From positions 35-64,034 of the forward strand of contig CANJVG010000006.1 of assembly GCA_947478005.1 (NCBI GenBank): DNA of 64,000 nt, in the 5' to 3' direction. The notes under the pieces are model-generated. The model saw only the letters and a list, made by a program, of their open reading frames with translations. It did no database searches and had not been told where the DNA came from. Shown in pieces: positions 1-8,925 of this stretch. This DNA comes from Bacteroidota bacterium (lineage in GTDB: Bacteria; Bacteroidota; Bacteroidia; Chitinophagales; LD1). Position numbers and translations under genes: made by a program. Numbering within the stretch: position 1 is the first letter of the stretch; each line of letters starts with the position of its first letter.

Positions 1-206
1 CCCGAGAAACTCCTAGGATCTGTGCGCAAGATACGCCATAATCCATGGAATAAGGAATAGGCACATAGGCTCATTTTGCAGAAAGAGGGCGTTTTATATG
101 ATTTTAGATGTTGGAAGGCGGATTTCGGAGTTCGGAGTTGAACAGCCGAATGCCGAATACAGGTTAACGCAAAGGACGCGAAGGCATGGCGCAGAGATGC
201 GCAAAG

Positions 207-245
207 AAACAGCCGAAGCACCCGCCCCGGCTGTTTGTTTTTAAT
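207..245 (+). terminator. Terminator-like hairpin AAACAGCCG / CGGCTGTTT followed by a T-rich tract
   Basis: There is a perfect 9-bp stem at 207-215 and 228-236 with a 12-nt loop, followed by GTTTTTAATTT. No gene inside the window can be assigned to it. Confidence 0.35.
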
Positions 246-260
246 TTGTAATTTTTAATT

Positions 261-287
261 CTTCAATTGGCCCCAAGCCAATTGAAG
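261..287. repeat. Perfect palindrome CTTCAATTGGC-cccaa-GCCAATTGAAG
   Basis: The 11-bp arms are exact reverse complements. The site is intergenic and AT-rich DNA precedes it. Confidence 0.6.
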
Positions 288-400
288 ATAACCTTCCCCG
301 CAACCAAACCTGTAGCCGCGACTGTGCTCACAAACATATCGGCAAAGCCAATATGAGGCGGTCGTACGAGGCCGTAGGCCAGCAGCGAACCGAACACGTT

Positions 401-466
401 CTTCTAAGTCTTCCGGCTCTGCGGATGACTTGGAAGTTCAAATGAAACAGCAAGTCTATGACTTGC
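401..466 (+). repeat. Orphan REP element (two-hairpin unit) of the same family as the REPs flanking the RAYT gene
   Basis: Hairpin 1 is CTTCTAAGTC...GACTTGGAAG with loop ttccggctctgcggat. Hairpin 2 is GCAAGTC-tat-GACTTGC. Both are colinear with 26707-26773. Confidence 0.75.
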
Positions 467-491
467 GACCCTGCTCGAGTGATGGGCTGAG
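467..491 (+). repeat. 25-nt module GACCCTGCTCGAGTGATGGGCTGAG with a second copy at 26292-26316
   Basis: 22 of 25 positions are identical between the two copies. This copy directly abuts REP copy A. Confidence 0.55.
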
Positions 492-992
492 TTACGAAAG
501 ACTGTGCAACACAGACGCTTCAAATAAAAAAAGCCACATTATAACCCTATAGCTTAACCAGGCTAATGCTGCCATGCATAGTAAGAGTAGCAGCATAACT
601 GGTATTATTAGCTTCCATGCACTACCCCCATGGCGGCCCTGCATATAGTGTTGGCGCATCAGCCTGATATTGCGTTCGTTTGCTTTAAAGGCCACATCAA
701 AAACATCCCCCAGCACAGGGATAGAGCCAACCAATGCATCCATCCAAATATTGAAGGCCATTCGGGCCAGCACAAAACCGCTGGCACCGTTTTCTGCCAG
801 CAGCAAAACCATATACTCCGAAACTAAAAAAGTTCCAAAGTCGCCCACCCCAGGTATAATCCCCAGCAATGCATCTAATCCAAACCGTAGGTTCGTTCCC
901 GGAATCCGGAATTGCGAATCCATCAGTTTAGCCAGTCTTTCTAAGTTCACAATGGCCGACCTTTGTTTTTCGGTTATCTGCATGTGAGTCAA
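492..992 (-). CDS. DUF4112-like small membrane protein
   Basis: The 166-aa ORF has the motif DALLGIIPGVGD...IPVLGDVFDVAFKAN and a C-terminal TM segment. Confidence 0.6.
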   Translation of the reverse strand: MTHMQITEKQRSAIVNLERLAKLMDSQFRIPGTNLRFGLDALLGIIPGVGDFGTFLVSEYMVLLLAENGASGFVLARMAFNIWMDALVGSIPVLGDVFDVAFKANERNIRLMRQHYMQGRHGGSAWKLIIPVMLLLLLCMAALAWLSYRVIMWLFLFEASVLHSLS

Positions 993-1185
993 TTTGATGG
1001 GAATTTATCTGCCAATATAGTGTCTTTTCTGTTTATTGCCTTATTAGGGTTCTAGTGTTGGCGCTGCGCGGGTAAAGACCAACCATGCACTTGATTAGAA
1101 ACGAAATGCCCACAGTACCCAAAACTTATTTTAATAACTGCTGTTAATTATATTAGTGGCCTAATTCACCCACAAAGCAACAACA

Positions 1186-1437
1186 ATGAATAAATTTATG
1201 ATTGACATCCTTTTGCAAGGATTAGATAATGAAACAAGAATGAAATTATTGCCTAAAGAACAGGAAATGATAAAAGAGTGGCAGGACAGCGGGACCCTTT
1301 TGGCCTCCTATATTAAGGCCGACACAGCCGGAATCTATTTGGTTTTAATAGCGGAGGATAAAGCAGATGCAGACAGGAAGCTTTCCACCCTGCCCTACTA
1401 CCCTTATATGAAAATTGAAATCACGACACTTAGGTAA
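1186..1437 (+). CDS. Muconolactone delta-isomerase-like small alpha/beta protein
   Basis: This is an 83-aa ORF. Its C-terminal LPYYPYMKIEITTL resembles the CatC LPLFPYMDIEV motif. Confidence 0.5.
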   Translation: MNKFMIDILLQGLDNETRMKLLPKEQEMIKEWQDSGTLLASYIKADTAGIYLVLIAEDKADADRKLSTLPYYPYMKIEITTLR

Positions 1438-1711
1438 GAAGAGAATAAGAAACATTGTCCTTTCCCCTCTCCCGAAACTATTGATAGAAGGATTAAATGC
1501 GCTTGCCCAGCGTTGGGACATGTCTAAAACGGATCAGGAAATTTCTGTTCCAACCCTAATCCTTTGCGGCAGCGAGGATACTGTAACGCTACCATCCGAG
1601 TCAGATTTGATGCATCGTAATATCCCCAATTCGCCATTGCATTTTAAAGACAGGGCCGGTCACCTGTCTAATCTCGAACAGCCCGATGAGTTTAATCTGA
1701 ATATGGCCTGA
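1415..1711 (+). pseudogene. 3' remnant of an alpha/beta-hydrolase gene (the N-terminal two thirds are missing)
   Basis: The translation ...VPTLILCGSEDTVTLP...DRAGHLSNLEQPDEFN is the typical C-terminal Asp/His region of the fold. There is no nucleophile-elbow region upstream. Confidence 0.55.
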
Positions 1712-1827
1712 TTATCTTGCTTTTATGTAATAAGGGAGTGGTTGTCCTAATGCTCTTAGCTAAATTATTTGCTGTCTTTTTGTCATCGGTCTGTAAATAT
1801 TTAGTTTATTTTTTTTAGAGTTTATCT

Positions 1828-1835
1828 TATATTTG
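1828..1835 (+). promoter_or_regulatory. Bacteroidota -7 box TATATTTG (TAnnTTTG)
   Basis: The match to the consensus is exact and lies 29 nt upstream of the ATG at 1864. This favours 1864 over 1843 as the start. Confidence 0.4.
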
Positions 1836-1863
1836 CTTCATAATGATACCTAAAAATAAATCA

Positions 1864-3681
1864 ATGAAGAAACATGTACTCCTTCTAATCGTGCTAAGCA
1901 TTTTTGCAGCCGATAATCTTTCCGCTCAACTTTCTGCCACTACCTCTTCCACTAACCCCAGTTGTGCCAATAATAATGGGGTAGCTACAGTAAACCCTGC
2001 GGGAGGCAATGCCTACACGTATAAGTGGAGCAACGGAGCTACCACCGCTTCTGCTACAGGTTTAGCGGCAGGAACCTATACCGTTACGGTTTATTCATCA
2101 GCGGGAACCGTTTGGGATACACTTTATCTCGAAACTTTTGATGCAACCCAAACTTGGACATTGAACATCTCTACCGGAACCAACGGTGCCGACCCTAATT
2201 TCTGGACTGTATCGGATGCAGAAGGTGGCGTTGCCCCTCCCGGTTGCGGTACAGCCAGCAACGGAAATAAGACGATGCACATTACTAGCGTTTTTAACTC
2301 TTCTGGTGGGGCTGCTTATGACGCAGGTGGCTTGTGTGGGTTTTATTTTTGTCCACAAACAAGCGCAGCTGCAGAGTCACCAAATATTGCCACTACCGGT
2401 GCTACCAATCTGGTGTTAAGCTACGATTTTATTGGTGGTGGCCAGGGGCTAACGGATAATGCATCAACGCTTTATAGTATTAATGGGGGTACTAATTTTA
2501 CTTCCATCGACCCTTCTCTAAAATCAGGAACTGCCGGTTGCGCTGGTCAAGGTAAATGGACCAAGCGTTCGCTTAACTTGCCGACAAACTGTAATAATTT
2601 AAACAACTTTAAACTGCGTTTTAATTGGGTGAATAATGATGACGGAGTAGGTACCGACCCATCTGTAGCCATTAATAATGTAATGATTCGCGATTCTTTG
2701 CCGGGTACTGCAGACTCTGTTGTAAAAACAGTTACGCTCACCTTGCCTGTAGGTCCTCACTTTGCAACCAATGCATTATCGGTAGCAAATCCAGGATGCA
2801 ATCAGTCAAACGGTTCCATCAATAATATGGGTGTAACTGGTGGTACTACTCCTTATTCGCTGGCATGGTCGCTGGGAGGTGTGCAGATTGGTACCTCTAA
2901 TTCTATTGCCAACCTAGGTGCAGGCACTTATACTTTTGAAGTAACCGATGGCAACGGTTGTGTTATTGACACAGCTTTTACCTTGGTACCCACAACAGCC
3001 GGTGGACCAACAGCGATTACAACCAATAAAGTAATTTTCTGCGCTTATGATACTGCAACTGTTTGTGTTACTAACACTACTAATATAGTTTCTTATGCCT
3101 GGAATTTGGGTGGTACAACCGCCTGTATTAAGGCAACTACTGCGGGCAACTACCGCGTAACTGTTACTGATAATAACGGTTGCACAGCAGTATCTAACCA
3201 GTTGACCATCTCTGTTTATCCGTTGCCTCCGGTTTCCATTTCAGTAAATGGCGACACGCTTACAGCCGTAGGCGCTGTATCCTACCAGTGGTATCGCAAT
3301 AATGTAATTATTCCCGGTGCGATTGACTCGATTTATAAAGCAGCAGCTCCCGGCTCTTATACCGTTAGAATTGGCGATTCCAATGGTTGTCAGGTGGTTT
3401 CAAACGCAGTGATTATTTCGGGTATAAATGATTTGAAAACTACACTTGATTTTGAGATTTATCCAAACCCAATCACATCCGGTAACTGGACATTGGCGGC
3501 TGCTAAAGAACTGATGGGCGCACAGGCTGAAATTGTAGATGTAAATGGAAGGCTGGTTTATAAAGCCGAAATTAATCAACTCAAGACAGAGATAAATACC
3601 GGTCAACTCTCGGATGGTATTTACTTTATTAAAATCAGCAGTGGCAAAACTACCGTAACCCGCAAGTTGATTAAACTATAA
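1864..3681 (+). CDS. T9SS-secreted protein with SprB/Ig-like Cys-containing repeats and a type A C-terminal sorting domain
   Basis: The signal peptide is MKKHVLLLIVLSIFAADNLSAQ. It has repeats of the form C..NG...V...GG..PY.Y.W and the C-terminus IYPNPITSG...GIYFIKI...KLIKL. Confidence 0.8.
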   Translation: MKKHVLLLIVLSIFAADNLSAQLSATTSSTNPSCANNNGVATVNPAGGNAYTYKWSNGATTASATGLAAGTYTVTVYSSAGTVWDTLYLETFDATQTWTLNISTGTNGADPNFWTVSDAEGGVAPPGCGTASNGNKTMHITSVFNSSGGAAYDAGGLCGFYFCPQTSAAAESPNIATTGATNLVLSYDFIGGGQGLTDNASTLYSINGGTNFTSIDPSLKSGTAGCAGQGKWTKRSLNLPTNCNNLNNFKLRFNWVNNDDGVGTDPSVAINNVMIRDSLPGTADSVVKTVTLTLPVGPHFATNALSVANPGCNQSNGSINNMGVTGGTTPYSLAWSLGGVQIGTSNSIANLGAGTYTFEVTDGNGCVIDTAFTLVPTTAGGPTAITTNKVIFCAYDTATVCVTNTTNIVSYAWNLGGTTACIKATTAGNYRVTVTDNNGCTAVSNQLTISVYPLPPVSISVNGDTLTAVGAVSYQWYRNNVIIPGAIDSIYKAAAPGSYTVRIGDSNGCQVVSNAVIISGINDLKTTLDFEIYPNPITSGNWTLAAAKELMGAQAEIVDVNGRLVYKAEINQLKTEINTGQLSDGIYFIKISSGKTTVTRKLIKL

Positions 3682-3699
3682 ACAAGAGTTTATAAATTT

Positions 3700-3735
3700 A
3701 AAAGCGCTCCGATTTTGTCGGGGCGCTTTTTGTTT
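3700..3735 (+). terminator. Rho-independent terminator
   Basis: The stem is AAAGCGC(T)CCG / CGG(G)GCGCTTT, followed by TTGTTT. It lies 20 nt after the stop codon. Confidence 0.65.
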
Positions 3736-3841
3736 ACGCTAATTCAAATGGCAGAGAATTTCTTAAGGCAGAATTAGTTATTTGATTTTCAAACAGACGA
3801 AAGCCGGTAATTACATTTTAAGTGCAGCCTGAGTGAGGGCA

Positions 3842-4519
3842 TTACAAACTCCAATCAATTACTCCCTTGCCTTGCTGTTTCAACAGTTCATTTGTTTTGG
3901 AGAAATGTCTGCAACCATAAAATGCCCCACCCGCAAGAGGGGAGGGGTGTGCGGCTTCCAACACAAAATGCTTGGTCGAATCAATCAATATATTCTTCGC
4001 CTTGGCAAAGTTTCCCCACAACAGGAATATGATACCCGCTTTCTCCTCCGATATTTTTTGAATCAAAGCATCCGTAAAGGTATGCCAACCGCAATTAGCG
4101 TGTGAATTGGCTTCACCGGCATTAACAGTTAGCGAGGCATTGAGCAACAACACCCCCTGCCTGGCCCACTTTTCCAAATTGCCATGCGTTGGCGGCTCTA
4201 TACCCAAATCAGTTTTTATTTCTTTAAATATATTTTTGAGTGATGGCGGAGCAACAACACCATATGGAACAGAGAAACACAAACCATGCGCCTGTCCCGC
4301 CCCGTGATAGGGGTCTTGACCGATAATGACTACTTTGACCTGATCAAACGGAGTAAGGTTAAATGCATTGAAAATAAGAGAGCCTTGGGGATATACTATT
4401 TTCCCTTTTGCTTTTTGCACCACTATAAACTGTTTGATACCCGAGAAATAGGGTTTCTGAAACTCCTCATTCAGAACTTTTTTCCAACTCTCCTCTATTT
4501 GAACGGCATCTGCGGACAT
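3842..4519 (-). CDS. ung: Uracil-DNA glycosylase, family 1
   Basis: The motifs GQDPYHGAGQAHGLCFSV and HPSPL are present. The start is moved to the internal MSADAV because the upstream extension looks like non-coding DNA. Confidence 0.9.
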   Translation of the reverse strand: MSADAVQIEESWKKVLNEEFQKPYFSGIKQFIVVQKAKGKIVYPQGSLIFNAFNLTPFDQVKVVIIGQDPYHGAGQAHGLCFSVPYGVVAPPSLKNIFKEIKTDLGIEPPTHGNLEKWARQGVLLLNASLTVNAGEANSHANCGWHTFTDALIQKISEEKAGIIFLLWGNFAKAKNILIDSTKHFVLEAAHPSPLAGGAFYGCRHFSKTNELLKQQGKGVIDWSL

Positions 4520-4540
4520 TGTTTGATTTATCTGGTTCAA

Positions 4541-4580
4541 ACAAAATAAAAAAGCGGAAACCTTTCGGCTTCCGCTTTCA
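4541..4580 (-). terminator. Rho-independent terminator of the lipoprotein gene
   Basis: On the minus strand the stem is AAGCGGAAGCC...GGTTTCCGCTT, followed by TTTTTTATTTT. It lies 20 nt after the stop at 4600. Confidence 0.7.
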
Positions 4581-4599
4581 AAATTATGCAAAAGGTTCT

Positions 4600-5562
4600 T
4601 TAGAAATAAGGAATTACTGCATTACCGGTTGCCTGACCCGAGTTATAATTCCATTCAAGTTTGATTCCATAAGCACCGCAACCGCTGCCATGAGAACTTC
4701 CATCTTCGTTTACTCCAAAGGTAGCAGTTACAGAGAAATTGGAAGTACTGCTCATATACTTACCTTCTGTGGGTTTCCACCATCCGCAAGTAGTTCCCGA
4801 TTTCCAAGGACTAATCATTTCGGTAATAAATGATGTGCCGAACCGGGTAGTTCCCCAGGAATCAATAGTTTTTCCGTTGATAGTTGTATCGCCATTTACC
4901 GTAGCGGCAAAGGTGGTGTAGTTAGTCACACTCCATGTAGTTAATCGAGCCGAGTTCCACGAATCAGTGGAGTCATTTTCAAATTTAACTGTCATATCGT
5001 AGGTTCTTTCCTTAATTCTGGCAGTTAAAGAGCCGCCCGAAAACCAGTAGGATATCCAATCAAATCCGTCAACATTTGTCAAATACTTTACTCCATTAAA
5101 GGTGAGGTAATGATTATTCAGGTTCACATAAATTACTTTATAGTCGGTATGGGTTATCTTCAATTTAGCACCTTGTTGACTCCATTTGGTGCCGTTTATC
5201 AACTCTACTTTTACTTCTCCGCTTCTTATTCTGCTTGGGCTTCCACAAGGGGTTATTCCGTCAAACGTAATAACGATGTACGGTTTCACTGCATCATGTT
5301 GATGGGTAGAGTCAATAGTGGCTCCGCATATACTCAACGCCTGCACACCATCGGTTTTTCCCGAAAAACCAGAGATATTATTAAGTGCATTGTTTACATC
5401 AGTATTTACATTATCCGATTCGTTTTTGGTGTTCGATACATCCTCATTATGCTGTTTTGCATTTGGATCAGCCGTGTGATTGGTAGTATCTGTTTTTTTG
5501 CAACTTGCCAGCCAAAATAAGCCGATTGCCAAGGTTGCGAATACGATTTTGTTCGTTTTCAT
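4600..5562 (-). CDS. Hypothetical lipoprotein
   Basis: The 320-aa ORF has a signal peptide with the lipobox LASC. No family was recognised. Confidence 0.6.
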   Translation of the reverse strand: MKTNKIVFATLAIGLFWLASCKKTDTTNHTADPNAKQHNEDVSNTKNESDNVNTDVNNALNNISGFSGKTDGVQALSICGATIDSTHQHDAVKPYIVITFDGITPCGSPSRIRSGEVKVELINGTKWSQQGAKLKITHTDYKVIYVNLNNHYLTFNGVKYLTNVDGFDWISYWFSGGSLTARIKERTYDMTVKFENDSTDSWNSARLTTWSVTNYTTFAATVNGDTTINGKTIDSWGTTRFGTSFITEMISPWKSGTTCGWWKPTEGKYMSSTSNFSVTATFGVNEDGSSHGSGCGAYGIKLEWNYNSGQATGNAVIPYF

Positions 5563-5778
5563 TTTGTGTTTGTTTTTTTAATAGAACGAAATTAGGTAAA
5601 GATTTAGTATGTACAAAACCATGTTTTTTTTCAAAAAAAATATGTGTGTAATGTTCATACTTATTCCAGGACACTACAAGGCTCGTAAACTTAAACAGGT
5701 TATTGTATGTGGGAAAGAAGGGGAACGGACTTTCCTATGGAATCAGTAGGCGAATATAAAGGGATGAATTTTTGAGGC

Positions 5779-6471
5779 TTACTTTCTTACTGTCCGCTGT
5801 TCGATCCGCTTTTCATAATTACTACCTTGAAATATGCGTTGTACAAAAATACCCGGTGTATGGATTTCATCGGCATTCAAAGCACCTGCCGGCACCAACT
5901 CCTCCACTTCTGCAATTGTGATTTTGCCAGCCATGGCCATCAATGGATTGAAATTACGAGAAGTGCCTCTGAAAATCAAATTACCTGCCGTATCGCCTTT
6001 CCACGCTTTCACGATAGCAAAGTCCGATTGAAAGGCATGTTCCATCAAATATTCCTTGCCATCAAATTCACGCGTTTCTTTGCCTATTGCAATTTCAGTT
6101 CCAACTCCTGCCGGTGTAAAAAAGGCCGGAATACCATAACCTGCCATCATACACCGGGTAGCTAAAGTCCCCTGAGGTATCAAATCCACCTCCAGTTCAC
6201 CCGAAAGTAATTGCCGTTCAAACTCTGCATTCTCACCCACATAGCTCGAAATCATCTTCTTCACCTGCCGTGTTTTCAACATTAACCCTATGCCAAAGTC
6301 ATCCACCCCTGCATTATTCGAAATGCAGGTAAGTCCTTTCACCCCTTTCCGAATTAAAGCCGAAATGGAGTTTTCCGGAATACCACACAAGCCAAAACCT
6401 CCTAGCATAATCACTGCGTTGTCGGCAATATCTTTTACCGCTTCATCTGCCCCGGTTACAACTTTGTTCAT
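5779..6471 (-). CDS. scoA: 3-oxoacid CoA-transferase subunit A
   Basis: The full length resembles ScoA/AtoD (GGFGLCGIPE, SNNAG, ENAEFERQ...). Confidence 0.85.
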   Translation of the reverse strand: MNKVVTGADEAVKDIADNAVIMLGGFGLCGIPENSISALIRKGVKGLTCISNNAGVDDFGIGLMLKTRQVKKMISSYVGENAEFERQLLSGELEVDLIPQGTLATRCMMAGYGIPAFFTPAGVGTEIAIGKETREFDGKEYLMEHAFQSDFAIVKAWKGDTAGNLIFRGTSRNFNPLMAMAGKITIAEVEELVPAGALNADEIHTPGIFVQRIFQGSNYEKRIEQRTVRK

Positions 6472-6500
6472 ACAATTTTCTTTCTGGTTGAAGAATGAAA

Positions 6501-8399
6501 TTAAAGACGAATTAATTTCTTAGTAATAGTCTGTTGTTTAGAGCTTACCTTCATCAGGTAAACGCCTTTAGCTGCTTCCAGCTCAATTGCCGTTTTCTGC
6601 GAAGTAATAATGGCTTTAAAAACCAAGCGACCATCAGCTTCAAAAACTTCCACAACACTTCCTATTAAATTCTCCCCAACGTTCAACTGCCAGCTACCGG
6701 CTGATAGAGGATTAGGATAAACAGTCACACCTTCGCTGGAGTTTAGTTTATCTATACTGGTAATTGTAATAGTCGTTGGATTTGACGTAGCGTGGCATCC
6801 GTTTGCATCTGTAACTTCAACTGTGTAATTTCCTGTAACCGTAGCCACATACAATGCTGAAGTGGCATTTGGAATAGGCGAATTGTTCAGATACCATTGA
6901 TATCCAGTTGCGTTATTCGAAGTAAGCGAATCACCATTGACGCTAATAGAAACTGAAGGCACCGGATAATAATTGAGGGGCAAATGGTTTGAAGTGGCTG
7001 TGCAATTTGCCTGGTCAGTAACGGTCACATAGTAGTTGCCGGCTTGTTTTGCAAAGATACAAGAGTCAGTGCCCCCTAAATTCCACAGATAGGAAACATA
7101 ACCTCCCGGAGCGCAAATCCTGGTACTGTCTCCTCCGCATAAAACAGTAGCTGCGGAACTGATAGTTACAGGCGTTAAACTGCTGGAAAGAATCTCTACA
7201 CTATCTACTGCACTGCAACCACCGCTTCCGGTCACCGTAACATGGTAAGTGCCTGCCGCCAAACCTCCAATCAAATTGTTCGTGCCTCCATTGCTCCAGG
7301 CATAACCATTTGCAGTACCATTCACAACGCTTACCCAAGCGCTACCATTACTATTTCCGCAGGTAGTATTGCTGGGCGTAATTGAAATAGAAAGGCTATT
7401 AACAGAAGTAACTGTTACAGAATCAATAGTAGTGCAAATACCTCCTCCATCAGTGGCAGTTACGTAATAGGTGCCGGCAGCGGACACAGTATCATTAGCT
7501 CCCGTTACACTGTTGCTCCAGGTATAAATTAAACCGGAAGTTGATGAGCTAGCCGTTAGAATTGAAGTTGCGTTAGAGCAGGTAATTTGTGCTGGAGTAT
7601 TAATACTAATAGAAGGAGAAACAAAAGGTTGGCAGTTATGATTTAAAGAAGCTATCCATGCCGCATTAGCTGCATTGTTAGGCAAGCCCGGAGTTTCATT
7701 GTTTAGAATGGCGCTGTCCACATAATTCGCAGCGTTGAATGGGTTATTGTCAACCATGTTTGCCATATAGATTACTTCGCCCGACTGCGACCCTGAGAAA
7801 AAAACATTCAACTTAGCAGAATCTCCGGTCCCTCCCCATCCTATAGCGTGATAAGGTATGGCATAATTAGCCGGGGAAACAGTATGAAAGGCGTCACCAC
7901 CGTTGGCCATTCCTAATATAACCCAGTTTCCTGTTGATGTATAAGTCGGACTGCCCAATGCATAAGAAACCATTGTCCCGGAACTGGCGGGAATGTTATT
8001 GTTCTTATCCAGTACTGCCGAGCTAATCGGCACAACATAAACACAGTTTCCGTTAACGTCATTGGTATCAACTCCTAATGCCGCAACAGCGGGGCTCATA
8101 TCCGCATCGTTATAAATAAGAATTAACGAGCCAATTTTAACACTGGCCCATTGAGCAATATTTGCAAACCGAACGTGCCCGCCTGCTATTCCGTTATTGC
8201 CGTGCCAACTGTTATTGTCATCAATTATCCATCCACGAAGGTCAACTGTGTTGGCGCCTCCGCAAACCGGAGTTCCTGTTACTAATAGCTCAACATATTC
8301 TTTTGTGCCTGTTCCTTGCGATAGCTCATTGATGATGAGTTGCGCCTGTGTAAACGAAAAAATAATTGATAACGAAAGTAGAAGATAAATTCTTTTCAT
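6501..8399 (-). CDS. Lamin-tail-domain (LTD) protein with SprB-like repeats and a T9SS type A sorting domain
   Basis: The N-terminus LIINELSQG...EYVELLV...VDLRGWII is LTD-like. The C-terminus is VYPNPLSAG...GVYLMKV...KLIRL. Confidence 0.75.
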   Translation of the reverse strand: MKRIYLLLSLSIIFSFTQAQLIINELSQGTGTKEYVELLVTGTPVCGGANTVDLRGWIIDDNNSWHGNNGIAGGHVRFANIAQWASVKIGSLILIYNDADMSPAVAALGVDTNDVNGNCVYVVPISSAVLDKNNNIPASSGTMVSYALGSPTYTSTGNWVILGMANGGDAFHTVSPANYAIPYHAIGWGGTGDSAKLNVFFSGSQSGEVIYMANMVDNNPFNAANYVDSAILNNETPGLPNNAANAAWIASLNHNCQPFVSPSISINTPAQITCSNATSILTASSSTSGLIYTWSNSVTGANDTVSAAGTYYVTATDGGGICTTIDSVTVTSVNSLSISITPSNTTCGNSNGSAWVSVVNGTANGYAWSNGGTNNLIGGLAAGTYHVTVTGSGGCSAVDSVEILSSSLTPVTISSAATVLCGGDSTRICAPGGYVSYLWNLGGTDSCIFAKQAGNYYVTVTDQANCTATSNHLPLNYYPVPSVSISVNGDSLTSNNATGYQWYLNNSPIPNATSALYVATVTGNYTVEVTDANGCHATSNPTTITITSIDKLNSSEGVTVYPNPLSAGSWQLNVGENLIGSVVEVFEADGRLVFKAIITSQKTAIELEAAKGVYLMKVSSKQQTITKKLIRL

Positions 8400-8529
8400 G
8401 CTTAATTTTTGAGGGCGCTAAAAAAGCGAATTATTTTATACCATCGCACATAAACTTACGTCCTTTTTAGCGCATTTATACCACCCTCGTCAGATAGATT
8501 TTGAAAGAATTAACCTTTCTATTTTTCTT

Positions 8530-8883
8530 TTGTTTAGAATTCATCTAAATTCGCACCGCGTGAGTGAAATACTAACAGAGGAACAAATTAAGACAGGCAT
8601 TATAGAAGTGCTGCGTACCGTATTCGATCCGGAGATACCCGTGAACATTTACGACCTCGGCCTGATTTATGAGATAAATGTCTTTCCTGATTTTAATGTA
8701 GAGGTCGTTATGACACTTACTTCGCCAAATTGCCCTGTGGCAGGAACTTTGCCGGGGGATGTAGAGCAAAAGGTAAAATCAGTCAATGGAGTAAACGAAG
8801 TAACAATGGAATTAGTTTTCGAACCGGCCTGGAATCAGGAAATGATGAGCGAAGAAGCGAAACTTGAGCTGGGTTTTATGTAA
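8530..8883 (+). CDS. DUF59/SufT-like Fe-S assembly protein
   Basis: The motif VFDPEIPVNIYDLGLIY...LTSPNCPV is present. The start is uncertain (TTG at 8530, or a GTG about 30 nt downstream). Confidence 0.75.
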   Translation: MFRIHLNSHRVSEILTEEQIKTGIIEVLRTVFDPEIPVNIYDLGLIYEINVFPDFNVEVVMTLTSPNCPVAGTLPGDVEQKVKSVNGVNEVTMELVFEPAWNQEMMSEEAKLELGFM

Positions 8884-8925
8884 GTAAATGAATTATTAAT
8901 CGTATAAAATTTAAAATCAAAAACC

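Noticed and set aside
1-10. The 10-mer CCCGAGAAAC shared between the window start and 26418-26427
   Set aside because: It is too short to be significant in 128 kb of two-strand sequence, and the flanks do not align.
5779-6471. scoA with no adjacent scoB
   Set aside because: The partner subunit may simply be encoded elsewhere. This cannot be evaluated from one window.
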